A stretch of 64,000 nt of DNA from Botryllus schlosseri. Its lineage: Eukaryota. Below the pieces are notes generated by a model. That model was not told the DNA's origin. It saw nothing but the letters and a program-made list of their open reading frames with translations, and searched no databases. The stretch spans positions 25,730,001 through 25,794,000 of the forward strand of contig CM119373.1 in assembly GCA_051294905.1 (NCBI GenBank). Reading direction: 5' to 3'. The translations under genes were made by a program, and so were the position numbers. Shown one piece after another: positions 21,841 through 34,343 of the stretch (the stretch's first letter is position 1; every line of letters begins with the position of its first letter).

Positions 21841-24800
21841 GCTCCGTAGACCCTTTTCACGACCGCCCCGGCGCGACGGATGTACAGCTCCACGCCCATG
21901 GAGATGGAAAAAGCCAGATTTTGCTCGACACACTATGACACCAACAGGACCGTGTGGCGACATAAGAAATACTTGCGTATGTCCATTGTCGAAACCGTTT
22001 CCGACTGGAATACTGTCACCCGTTGAACATCCAATCTGTACCGGAGAAGCACGCGTTTCATGTCCGCTTTTCTTATGATTGGTGCTGGTATATCCATGAA
22101 CTCGACCTCGATATAGAATATTACAGTCATAACGATCAACCGACTGGGTGTGATCAATGACCACCCATTCGCGAAGTTACCCTGAATTGTTACTGTGATA
22201 GTCCACTGAATGTTTGATGTTAGCACTAAAGTTACGCATAATCAAAACTACTTGGCAGTCACATATACTATTGAAAGACCATATGACTAAACTAGGTGGA
22301 CTTTGAAAATTTCCCCGTCCTTATGAAGCGATGGATGGGGTATTGCACAAGTTAACGCTGCCTATAATTCACTAGTTACTTTATCTTTCATCTTTTCAAT
22401 ACACAAAGAAGCAAATAGTACATAAAGTGCATGCTCTCCTGCATTCGGTCGTAATTCATTGGGGTAACCATTTGCATTTCCAATGTGCCCACCTAAGAGT
22501 GTTTTATTCTGAAGCCTGCACGAATGTATCGATTGTCTCGTTGCTATTATAATTTTCGAATGGTTCTTAGGATAATTGCGAAGCCTGAAGGCGTCCGTCT
22601 TAAAAGATTATTAGATTGATGATTTGGATTAATCATAAATGGAAACACTGATTATGGCATGGCACATGCTAACGGGTGGGCTCAATCGATGTTGATATGC
22701 TTAGCATAGGATTTGGTCAAATCTAGAATGTGGGATGTAATGATCTGTATTGAAATGATTATCGGAGAGTCATTCGGCATACATCCTAATGCTCTCCATT
22801 GAATGCTCCCTTTGGAATTAACTGGTAAAAGAAGCACAAATATTTCTACCAATATTCGTTTTTAAGACAAAATATTACTGTGTTTCAATTACTATACACG
22901 CTTTGTTTGCACATCACTACTCACGAGGGTTCTGATAAACATTGCAGTGATATTTATCGTCGTCATTTAGATACTTATCGCGTTCTGTGATTCGTGCGGT
23001 TGCTATGGGTGTGATTTCTGGCGATGATACCCCGTTAATGTCTTGCTGCTTATATATGCGTTTTTGTGTTGATTTTCGGTATGCGGGGTAGTGGTAATAC
23101 CCCGAGCCTTACAAAGTACCTATTCCCATTTAGCAAACGAAAATGCTATTGTCCTTTTGATCGATTACGCGAAGGCGCGCATAGAGTAGAACGCATGATG
23201 CGGGGAAATATGATGCCTCTAGGGTGCCTGAACTTGTCAACTTTACCTCAAATCCTAACAATGACATCCGAATAAACAGTCTTGTCTGCTTAGCTTGGAA
23301 TTGGTGGTTCGTCTGTGACTACTAACTCATTAATTCTACCGTCGGTGGTCTTGCGATCATACCAAAGTATTGTAACGGCAGAGAAATACCCTAGACCTCA
23401 ACACTTTTACCACCACTTCAATCAAGTGTCCTCCCCTTTTGAGGCATATTTTAATATTTCCACCCGTCCCATCTGCCCATAGGAGGTATCGTGCGGTACA
23501 CTTATTGCAGTACTTATTCATACACAATAACGCTCGCCAATGAGAATAACGCGAGCACTATAGTTTCAGGTTAACTTATACCATTATTTCTTTCGTTTTG
23601 TGTAATACTATCGAAATGTTATTTTCAAATATTTTTTCATGGTAAATAATGGATAATCGATCGAAATATGAAAATTATGTGAACGTATATGGGAGTGGAT
23701 TGCAGTTTTTTGACGTCAGACTTTACTGCTGCTAAGGACACCACATAGGCCTTGTGACTCACGGCGAACCAGTAGTTTTTGATTTTAAAAGCATTTCTTG
23801 AAGTTGCGGATTCTAAGAGCCTGTTCATGGTCACCGAGGAAGGGTCTTACTGCTGGAAGTCTGACTGATGTAGTAGATGTACCATTGTTCCAGATGGCCG
23901 GCTGTCCTGCAAAGTAGCGAATAAAAAGGATAAGTGAATTCAAGCTAACTGCAGTCGGCGTGAGCGAGCGTTTTTAACACTAGCTTATATATATTACAGG
24001 AGCGAGAAAGAAGGCAGCATTATCGACTAGTGCCAATGACAGCATTTATTAAAGTAGATCAAAGGTATCCAATGGTAATCCAAATGTATCTGGTGAATGC
24101 GACTCGAATTCTCCATACTGATACATCATAGTATTAGCTCATTTCATGCATAAGTTCGTTTCATGATAACATTCCTCATCCAGGCTATACGCATCAATAA
24201 TTATATGCGTATCTGCTCAGATTGGTTATTTGAGTGGAGATGTTTGTGACTAATACTGCATCTGACGTATTCATGAAATGTGGGAGTGAGTGATCCAAAA
24301 TCGAAGGATTTCGGCGATTTGGTTTGAGATGTATACGGTTAGGGGAATTTCTGGACTTGCATTTTTCGAAATATGAGAGACCTGAAGATTACTGATATCT
24401 CGAATGTATTTGCCCGTAAAATTATAGAAGCGTTTAATCAGTTTTGCCTGCCTTTCTGTGTGACATTCGAAGCCTTTAAGTTGATTCATGTTATCTGCGA
24501 TACACCAGTGATCCTACAGTACATGCTCAACTACCATTATGTCGGCATAAATTACGAGTATTGCCAAGGTGTAAATACAATTAGTAATTGATCAAGGCTG
24601 ATGATGTGAGCTAAGGAACATTCACACCTCAATTGTCACATTTACCTCTCCACCTCTTCCCATCTCTCCTATATTTGCGGCACTTGACCAAATGGGAATC
24701 CATGTTTTCACGTTATGGACATTACGCCATCATTGCTGAATCATATTCTCGACATGAAACCAATCAAATCATTTCCCGAAAGGTAGTCTAACATGCATAA

Positions 24801-24858
24801 CATAGATAGTATGCCCTGAATATAACAGACGCTCTCTCAGAACTATTTCCGTTGCAAT

Positions 24859-24960
24859 CAGGGTTGGGAAACATCGAGTATCTGGGTGATTCGATTCCGA
24901 ATCGAATATTAGGCTTCGACTCGAGTATATTGGAGTATCACTCGTTATGACGTGATAATA
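24859..24960 (+). mobile_element. Left end of a hAT-like MITE (ttcgactcgagta / ttatgacgt family)
   Basis: Starts cagggttggg. Shares ttcga(c/g)tcga...ctcgagtat and cgttatgacgt with the 32771 element. Right end not found. Confidence 0.5.
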
Positions 24961-25041
24961 GTCTGGCTGATATAGAAAGTTCAAATATGTACCTTTTATC
25001 CCACCACAAGGAATATAACAGCAGCTCTATGCCGTACAAGG

Positions 25042-25436
25042 TAGGGTTACCATGCGTCCTCTTTTAAGGGGATTTTCCTTTTTTTTTTCAATAAATCGAA
25101 AGTGTCCTCGAAGGATGTCTAAACGTTTTCTTTTATGGGAATTTGTCCTCTTTTTCCGGAAAAAGAATAAAATGCCACCAAAATTTCAACCTCGACGCAG
25201 CGAATGTCAGAGTTTCGTAAAAACTCGTGGAAACCGGAGGTCGAGTCGAAGTGTCCACCTTTTTCTTTAGTCAACACCACAGACGTATGGTAAAAAAGCG
25301 GGAGATTCGGGAGTCAGGTCAAATGATGACTTTTTTAGCAACACAGGTACAATTGGTCGAAAATTTTTTGACAATAGTAGCTTTCAGAGTTTTTAAAAAT
25401 TGTCCTCTTTTCGGATCTCAAAATATGGTAACCCTA
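25042..25436. mobile_element. hAT-type MITE (TAGGGTTACCAT ends)
   Basis: Perfect 12-bp TIR tagggttaccat / atggtaacccta with subterminal gtcctctttt repeats. Degenerate TSD gtacaagg / gtgtaaag. Confidence 0.85.
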
Positions 25437-28400
25437 GTGTAAAGATTATTTAGTCATTTTTCGACCATCCGTTTGTACTACATCTTTTGAAGTCAAAACG
25501 TGCGATAACGTCCGACCGAGGTTTCAAGGCCTCCAGAGTGGGAGAAAGTATCGGAACAATAATTCTCCTTGGCAATGTAACTTTTATACAGGAAAGCCGC
25601 TTATAATTTCAGTACTCAAAAAACCGTCTCTCACTACACGACTATCTATCATACACTTAATAGGCGATTAGGATTTTTATAGTGGAATCATTGAGTCTGG
25701 ACCTGGCTACAATACTACTGGTTCGTGTATCTTGATTTTAATTAAGCGTGCCGGTCTCCAGAATAACACGTAGCTTGTAATAGTTTACTGAATGCATGTC
25801 AGTCTGGAGGCCTGCGATTATAGATAACTAACCTCCTCAGGTTAGTTATTTACACTGCGATAGCGGTTTTTCACGGTTAACCGGTCACCTTTCAAGTTCC
25901 CATCTTAAAAACGATTGAACTTTATTTTTCGATTGCTCCATCCTTCATTATATTTTTGCTGATGACCGACGGTTATCTGTGACACAGATCCCACTTTCGT
26001 AATGTGAGAGGTCTAGATTGGAAATTTCATGTCTTCATTTACAACAAAATGATCGAATATGTGACCATCATTTAGTCCGAGGTTGCAGTAAACCTTTTTA
26101 CACGGAAGTTTTCAGACTAGATCAAACCTGGTTACAATTTTGTACTTCTTGTCCATTGATTTATTTTGTGAACAGCAACTCAAATGATCCGTGTCGACTT
26201 ATTGTGATGCAACAGAACAATTCGGATGCCGTCGTCCGGTACTGCGTGAGATTCGGGACTTGCATGGACGCTGGACGCTGGTACAGTCGTCGCAAATTCT
26301 ATACTTGCTCAACGGAATTGCCGGAAAGCTGGATGACATGTTACGTTGAAGTATGATATTCTTCATCAAGACCCTAAAAGCGATATGTCTGCGGTAGTTC
26401 GGCTCATATACTTCCGAAACGATAAGCCAGGAATACGTGCATCTGCGGTCATTAATGTTGCACGTTATACCTATAATTCAGTTATTATTAAACACAATGT
26501 AATTCCGTATCCGACGGTATTCGTGATTCTCCGGAGTATTCCTCACAAGCCAGGTGTTTCTGGCTAAATTTGGGCCATACTCAAGGAGGTTACCAGCTGT
26601 TACTAACCTAGTGAGTTGTCTCGGCGAATATGTTTACACTTTGTTTACTTGAATACATATTTGCGTTTTTATCTGCTCATTTCCCGCCATCAAAGTCTTT
26701 TTATCTTGTAACAAGTGACTCAAAAGTTATGGCAATTGCTTGATATGTTATACTAGTCGCGGAGAAGTCGGCGAAGGAAATGTAGGCCGTCAAATACAAC
26801 AAATTTACCAGTTAGGTTCAGGTGAATTCGGACCATACTTTCACCTTAACTGAACTTTGTATATAACTACGTGATAGTAATGAGCGCAAAGCAAATGCTA
26901 CATTCGCAGCGTTCCGACGTGGAAACATGAAACTAGCACATTTGCGGTATGCGTAAGCTCTTGCGTATTAGCGTCAAACTTCTTCCGTATATGTATCTGC
27001 CTGTTTACGCAATGTAATTATTATGGCCTTAATAAGCTCACTTGCAATGTGCTGTCAAATAGCGCTTTATCGAACTTGCTATTATAATTTAATATCAGTG
27101 AGATCTCCACAGTCGTTTAAATGGTTAGTGGGTTCGTTGTCGTACCGAAAAATACTTGGCAAGGTAAGCGTATGATAAAGACTTTTAAACTATTGCCCGA
27201 TACTTGAATGGTGAGTCTCAGGCATGTCATAAGTATGCAGCCTACTTCGCCTTTGCGGCTTGCTCTAGAATCTAACCAGTCCAGCATGTAATAAAATGTA
27301 TCGTTGCTTCGTGTGGGCAGTGAGCAAAAGTGACACTTGCACATCAAAATCTGTATCGTAACGGCGACATACCCAATCACCAATTCTTAAATCAGGGCCG
27401 GAAGGACTACAAATTTCTCGTGGCGATGCGAGATAACACAATGGTATCAAATATAATTACTTTTGGATTGGTTGGTCAATCGAAATTTGAAGTTTTACAG
27501 AGTTGCATAAGATGATGTCTCTCATTGACACATTGCACTCGATTCCAGCAAACTTTCGTCATTACTACATATCGGATACGTTACCAGAAGAAATAAGGAC
27601 TGATGTCGACATATACACTATAAATCACGGTCCCTTTGGTGCTCATTTGGAAATGCTGTTTTTCTCCCGGTGGCCTCTCACCTATCCACATATATAGCCC
27701 CACAAGGTATTTTATTATCGTGTTATCGTGACCGCTGTGAAATTGAAGCAATACAGAGTAAGTGTGACTTTAACGCAGCGAGTGACGCGCCGTCACAGAT
27801 TGCCACAAACGTGAATTACTTTAGCAACCCGTATTCCATCATTTACCACTTCATCAATTTTCACGCCATTCCAAAACTAATAATTCGATATATTTCAAGT
27901 GAAAGCAGTTTGTAAAGCGTGAATCAAAAGTAGAAATTCTGAATATGTCTATCACAAACATTCTCCCAGGTGCAACCGTGTTCAAATAATAATATGTCAT
28001 AACCACTTAGTATTCGACTATTCATGTACCGCTCACAATTTCCGAATGCTATTGAGATGACGTAATCCGAAATAAAATGTACGAGGTTTCAAGTTGTAGA
28101 GTTTGATGGATTTACTCTGCTCTACGTTGTTTAATCAGAGAATGTGACCTTTTCGTGGGGTTCCGTCTGGCTTCCGCAAAACTGCTTTTATGTAAAGTTC
28201 ACTCGCGAAGTACAATAAATCATGCAGATTTGGTATATTTCATTCAATACTGTGTTGATATACCGACGGAGCCCTTCAGACTTTCACAATTGGATCATGT
28301 GCGTGGCTATGTGCCGATCTCGAAAACCGTTGTCTCTAATGCAGTGATTCTTAACACATACGTTAGCTTGCAGGCTTTCGGCCTTTGGCTGAGTCACAAA

Positions 28401-30698
28401 AACAATACGCCACATTACATATCTGATACATAGCTATAAAATACTCTTTCATAAAATGAACGGTGCATCAACACCAGCAGTGTTCAAAGAATAAAACCGT
28501 TAAAACATGATTATTGCCAAGAAAATATGAATATTTCTTGCAAAGCAGCGTGACCTCTCCTGGTCGCTTTCAGATACCAGTCTAGATATGGGAGGTTTCA
28601 CAGTGAAAAGGGCCTCGCACCAGCGAGATTTGATTTGCTGCATTGCAAATGAACAGGAAATGAAATCGGCATTTCAAACAGACGTAGTTTTGATTTAGCA
28701 CTCGCACCTCGCCTGCGTATACGCCACTGCACACAACGTACCACCACAAGAGCCACAATTCGAATACCGATCACGCCCAATCCCATGCATCCAATGATGG
28801 CCAAGACGTGCTTGTCATTACGAGTCAAATGAGTCGGATGTGTGTCTTCAGCCAAGAGACTGGCATACCGAACCCCGGGGTTTGTTGGAACCCCGGTTAA
28901 GAACTATACTGCTCTGAGGTACAGCAGTATGTTATCATATTCATATACCGAGACGATTACAAGTCTTCCATCGATGGTTTCAAATGAAATATTATGCCAG
29001 CTCCAAAATCAATTAATATATCGTGTTGCTGATCTCACAACGTAAATATTGCACATATCGATTACACTCAAATGATATCCATGCAAGATGTATGCCCCAG
29101 CATACTTTTCCAGATTGAAGATGAAGAATTTGTTGATATATTATCAGTTGGTACTTGCATAGCTTTGCCAAAATGTCGCTACTGCAGAAACCTATCCGAC
29201 ATGTACGAGATTCGTGCTTCACATGACATGGTCACAATTAGACGACCAAATGGCGTATAAAACATCTACAGCCACGGTTCGTATATATCAAGCATTTCTC
29301 ATTCTAGCATCGTGAATTTCAGAAGTTTGTGTACAACGGTTGTTATTAACAAATTGTGATTACACCTGTTCATTAGACACCTTCTCCAAGTCATCATATC
29401 TGTGCCGATCCTGCAAAAAGTTTGATGTTAATCGCGATTAGGATGTGAGTTGGGATGTGTCATCTCGAGTTTGACCCGTCGAGTCACCGATCACAGTTTA
29501 CGTTGCTAAGCCCTCATCAGAAGATCACGGCGTGTACGTCACAACTGTAGCCCTAGTGTGACCTAGAAGTGAACCGGCAAAAGTACTGTTATACTCAGCG
29601 CATTGCTAAATTTCGCAACCTAGCAGGATAAGTTAACATGTCATGTGTGTATACATAGTATATATACTGACTATAATAGAATCGCTTCATATCAATAACG
29701 AATTTCGAGTATTCAAATACATAGAAGAACAGGTGTAATTGCAATGATCGGTGGATTTCCCCAATTCAGTTACTGCTAGTCTAGCGTAATAATTTTCTTA
29801 TCTACATTAGTACGTGACAGAGATAATTGGACTTAAACTATCTTTTCCTTCGTTGTATCCGTTTGCATTACGGTAGTGAAGAGAGCGTTTAAAACGATTT
29901 ACTTCTAGAATCCATAAACAGATTCGCCGACAATTCCCGAGATATTGCTATATAATCGCAACCCTTGTATAAACAGATCCAGGGGAACATATTGATGGCT
30001 TCATATCATACGTGTCTGCCATTATTGTTATTGTATAAATGTAGCGGTTTTCGTTGCCTTATACGCCAATTTGAAGGTATCATCGATCGCGGGTGATACG
30101 GAATAAAGGATTATCACCTGATTGTTGACAGACCAATTTCTCGCTTTAGGTGTTATAATATTAGTGATTTCACGCTGGCGACCTCGAAAATGATCACTGT
30201 TAATATGACGTCATTTGGCGAGCTGTTACTCGTTGAAAAGTCAGATTTATACACTGCCATGCCGTTGTAAATAAGGGTCGTGTCAGCGAATCTGGATAAC
30301 AACAGAGTCATAATAATTTGACGGTTAATTCATGGAGTAAATTATGCTGTTAGTAAACTGACAAACGTGTTGACTGTGCCTATCTTAGACTCCGGTCGGG
30401 AACAAATTTCCAAACACATTACCCTCATGCGGAATGCTGCTACCACAAAACATCAGCTCCGTTATTCGCTTCCGTGCAGCGTCGAGGGAAAAACAGTCTT
30501 GTTATTGTAGTTGAATTCAATATTCTAGTAATGATATCACCTCGTATCAATGCTTAATTCGTAGGAGGGTAAAAACGAGCAAACTATACAATTCGATCAT
30601 TGTGATGTCATTTAGACTGTAGTTTATATTTCAAGGTATTCAACAGGTGTTTCACCGTCGTTCTCACCTCATAATAATAATGACTTTCTAGTCACAAA

Positions 30699-31126
30699 TA
30701 GGGCTGAGCAAAATCGAATATCACTAATTATGACGTCGTAACAGTATGGATAAGTTTGTTAGAACCAACATTCACATTTAAAGCGACCATAAAGAAAATA
30801 ATGCCAACTACACATCACGTAATAATTTCGTATCAGCTCGACCATAACTATTTCATTGCATTTCATGACAACATTGCGGGTCCATCACTTCTTCACATAA
30901 ATACCGTTTCCTCAAACGCGCGTAGCTTTGAGCTATATGTCTGGGATGCTGTGATAAGGCTTCTTGGCCATGTATCAAAACTATAGCTCTCGTTGATAAT
31001 TATCAACCGTTACTAGCAAGCAAGCAATTAATTCAATACTAGATAGGATCACCTCTTGCGACCTGGCTTGAATCATTCGAAGTGGTGATACTCGACACGA
31101 ATTCGAGTACGCGCATCTTTCTGTCC
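30699..31126. mobile_element. hAT-like MITE (tagggctgagcaaaatc family), right end decayed
   Basis: Left end resembles 32771. Contains ttatgacgtc and a distal cgaattcgagta, as in the 32771-33687 copy. Confidence 0.5.
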
Positions 31127-31497
31127 GACAAGATAGCGCAATGGCGAAGCGCCAAGCTTCTTGATCGGTAGGTCGTGGGTTCCATCTCCGGCAGGGACAG
31201 ACCAAAGACCTGATTAGTAACACTGGTATCCTTGACTTTGCCGCATGGAGCTCAGCATTACCGGGATAGCAAGGAGGGGTGGTGCAAGACTTGGAAAGCC
31301 ATACAAGGGTATGCCTACACCCTTATTTTCCTGCGGCATATGCAATCATGGTATCTCCATATGTGCAGATCGTGTGTATGTATAATGAGTCGGTGTATAT
31401 GCAGCAAAATCATCTAGGACAAAATACGTAACTCCCTTTCCTGCCATTCCTATAGTCACACAAACGTGGCACTAATAGAAAAACTGTCGTCTAATCA
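31127..31497 (+). mobile_element. Older tRNA-derived SINE of a second family
   Basis: Head gacaagatagcgcaatgg...gtgggttccatctcc has degenerate A and B boxes. The body is unrelated to the 19672 SINE. The 3' boundary is approximate. Confidence 0.6.
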
Positions 31498-31994
31498 CAG
31501 AGGTGAACCTGGTCAATAACGAAGTACTGCTACTTTTCGGAGTATACTCAAGTAGGTTTCAGTATTGATGTGGTTGTGTCGTTAGACCACTTATCCTCCT
31601 ACTTCACTACAGTTTCTTAGGCAAAACTATAATTAGTTTTCACAATCTGAATTTTAATAAGTAGAAAGTGCTTTTGGCGTAAGTTTGCAATACTTTATGA
31701 CGGATTGGAAGGGTAACTGAATATTCTTACGCAAATTCTGCCTAGGTTTAGTGTCATTAGAAATTTTGTGTTAGACGCGATGGCGGATCTCGTAATTCCG
31801 AAAGCAGCTAGCACTATGTACCCGTCGACCAGACAAACTTTTTAAAACTACCTAGCCTACTTGTGTACTCTAGGACCATAACTGAGTTTCTCCTTCACTT
31901 ATAGAACTTTTGACATGTCCTGCAAATTGCTACTTATTACAATGAAGTAGAAATACATGGCGATATTTCTACTTCTACTTGAGTAGTAACATTG
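31498..31994 (+). mobile_element. MITE of the agta/ctact-rich family
   Basis: aataacgaagtact...acagtttcttaggcaaaact...gtcgacca...ctacttctacttgagtag is shared with the copies at 37695, 57633 and 59480. Confidence 0.65.
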
Positions 31995-32770
31995 ACTAGA
32001 TTGATCACTTTAGCGTGTAACACTAATTCAAAATTACACTGCATTCGAGGTGCGTTTCATTTGAATATTTCGCGCATCGCGTATCAGAAATCGTCGACAT
32101 CGTTAATTTGAGATCACTATTCATCGCAATAGTTATGCGCACTACCTATTCCACTTTACAGAAGTAGATATCGCCTGGTGCGACCGCAAACTTGAGAGAT
32201 GGCGTGAAAATTCAGACAACAAATACCCTCGCGGTGAGACGCACCTGTGAAAGTGCCTAGCGCTTTCTCCGCAATTGTCTTTGAAATCGCGATCGCTCGC
32301 GAACACGTAACTCGCAATCACAACTAATTGCGAGCGGCTCATTAGGATCGGTGTGAAAATAAAGTTGTTGTGCGTGAAATCGCGAGTAATCAGGGTCTTA
32401 CGTTTGTAATCGTTCTCATTGCGTGGGGTTATAGCGGAAGGGGTGGTTGTTGGAGGCGGCGTTTATGTATTATTGGTTGACTATATATTTTAGCCGCGAT
32501 GTCCGTTGATTCCGTGGTTACTGTTCAAATGTAGAGTATATCGAGATACAAATGCACCCTTCTACTTAATTTTCGCTTCAAACCAATTATTTGTTGCTAC
32601 GCAACAGGTTAGCGTTGAGCTCTAGCCAGCTGTTTCGGGTTGAATTTTCAACTGTTTAACGTGTACGTGTGGAATTGAGTTGAGATTAAGCCCTTATAGA
32701 TTCATCAGATTTCCGGTGTGACCTTACCGAGTTGATTTTACATAGGTCTCCTGCATCTAACTGTTACGAG

Positions 32771-33687
32771 TTGGGCTGTGCAAAATCAAGATGCCGAAAT
32801 AATTCGATTACGAAACGAGCATTATTTAGCTTTCGAGTCGACTCGAGTATCCGATAATCAATCGTTATGACGTCATAGCAACATGAATAATTGGGACAGT
32901 TCGGATATGTTCGTTTTATATGACTTTCAAAAAAAATCATGGCTATCATTCTTCGGCGATCTATTTTACAGAATTTGTTTTTGATGGAGCAAGACGATCA
33001 CTATACATCACTAAAATGCAGTGTCCACTATTTAGCCAAGCTTTGTATAGCATGTTTTGGATGCTCTGTTACGACCAAGAAGAAAGGGTCGAAAATATCT
33101 TTAAATTCAATTCAATTAAATATTAACAATTTTCTCATTCCAGTACACCACAAGATTGCGATACAATGAAAAGATAGCAAGGTGTAGAAAGGACTTGAAG
33201 TACCCTTTGTAATCAGACACACACCTGGGTCTAGGCGAAATAAAACTGGTGCATGCAGACCGAATGAAAGTAAAAAAAATTAAAACATAAAAGCACAAGC
33301 GATAACAAGTGGTAAAATGTGTCGGAAGGCGAGATTGATATGTCAGGTCGTAGTCCGGTAAACTTAAGGTCTTACTATAGTGTTGATTCCGTAGATTATT
33401 TCTGCAGTTTGACTTGAATGTGAAGAGCTGGACATATGCTCGACGACTGTCGGATAGCAGGTGAGATACTGCTGGACAATGGACACCACAGGTCCGGCAT
33501 ATTTGATAGCGCCATGATCTTTCAAGTCGACCATATAGTAGTTGGACGACGTGGACGCGCGTGTGTTGCACGTATGCACTTTTGATACCGTTAATAATGT
33601 GTAATTACCGACAAGAAAGGTTATATTGTTGTTTCATTTATTCGACTCGATCGAATTCGAGTAACCCAATCGTTGTAGCAGACCCTG
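32771..33687. mobile_element. hAT-type MITE
   Basis: Ends ttgggctgtgc and gcagaccctg. TSD gttacgag / gttacgaa (7/8). Subterminal tcgagtcgactcgag motifs. Confidence 0.7.
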
Positions 33688-34316
33688 GTTACGAAACTAA
33701 CGGGTCGTCATCGTTGGTAGTTCTTATCTGTCGTGGATGACAGTTACTCAGTGTCGTGAAGTACTATGTACTGATTGCGAAGACGCGTGTCAGATCGAGT
33801 CGTTTGAGTATTCTAGGTTTACTACGCGGGATCATCAGCCATCAATTTTCATAGCTTAACTGCTAAGCTGCGTATCAAACTGGATTAACTTCTGCCAAAT
33901 TTGTATAGTTTACGTAGATCTACAACTGTACAATGTACAATTGTACATGCATTAAACTAACCAGGGATCATATATCGGATAGATAAAATACGGTTAGAGT
34001 GTGGCTCATCGGCTATTGCGATAGCGTAACGCTTGCATTTAAACGTGAAGTATGCCTAGGCCTTGACAAATTCCATTGTCTTCATCTCCAATACACATCA
34101 CGGACTGCGGCAATATCGCTCATTCAATAAAGTTGTGTGATCTAATTTCCTAAATGGTAAAGTTCATCGACGCGATTCCACACATCGAGGTGATAAAGTG
34201 ATCGATGCACAATACACAACCTCGTCTAGTAGAGTCTGATTCTGCTTCGATACACAGTCGATATGCAGTACTTGACATTGTGGCGACAGCCAACGGTCGA
34301 ACTTCAGAAGTCAGTT

Positions 34317-34343
34317 GTAACCTAAGTGAGTAACCTAAGTGAG
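34317..34343. repeat. 13-bp tandem duplication
   Basis: gtaacctaagtga occurs twice. Confidence 0.9.

Noticed and set aside
21232-22226. ORF 21232-21840 as a stand-alone protein, plus the shadow ORFs 21278, 21339, 21742 and 21933
   Set aside because: The first 35 codons are intronic read-through ahead of the 21337 acceptor; the others are shadow or 3' UTR frames.
33116-33571. 151-codon minus-strand ORF
   Set aside because: It lies inside the 32771-33687 MITE and has no recognisable domain.
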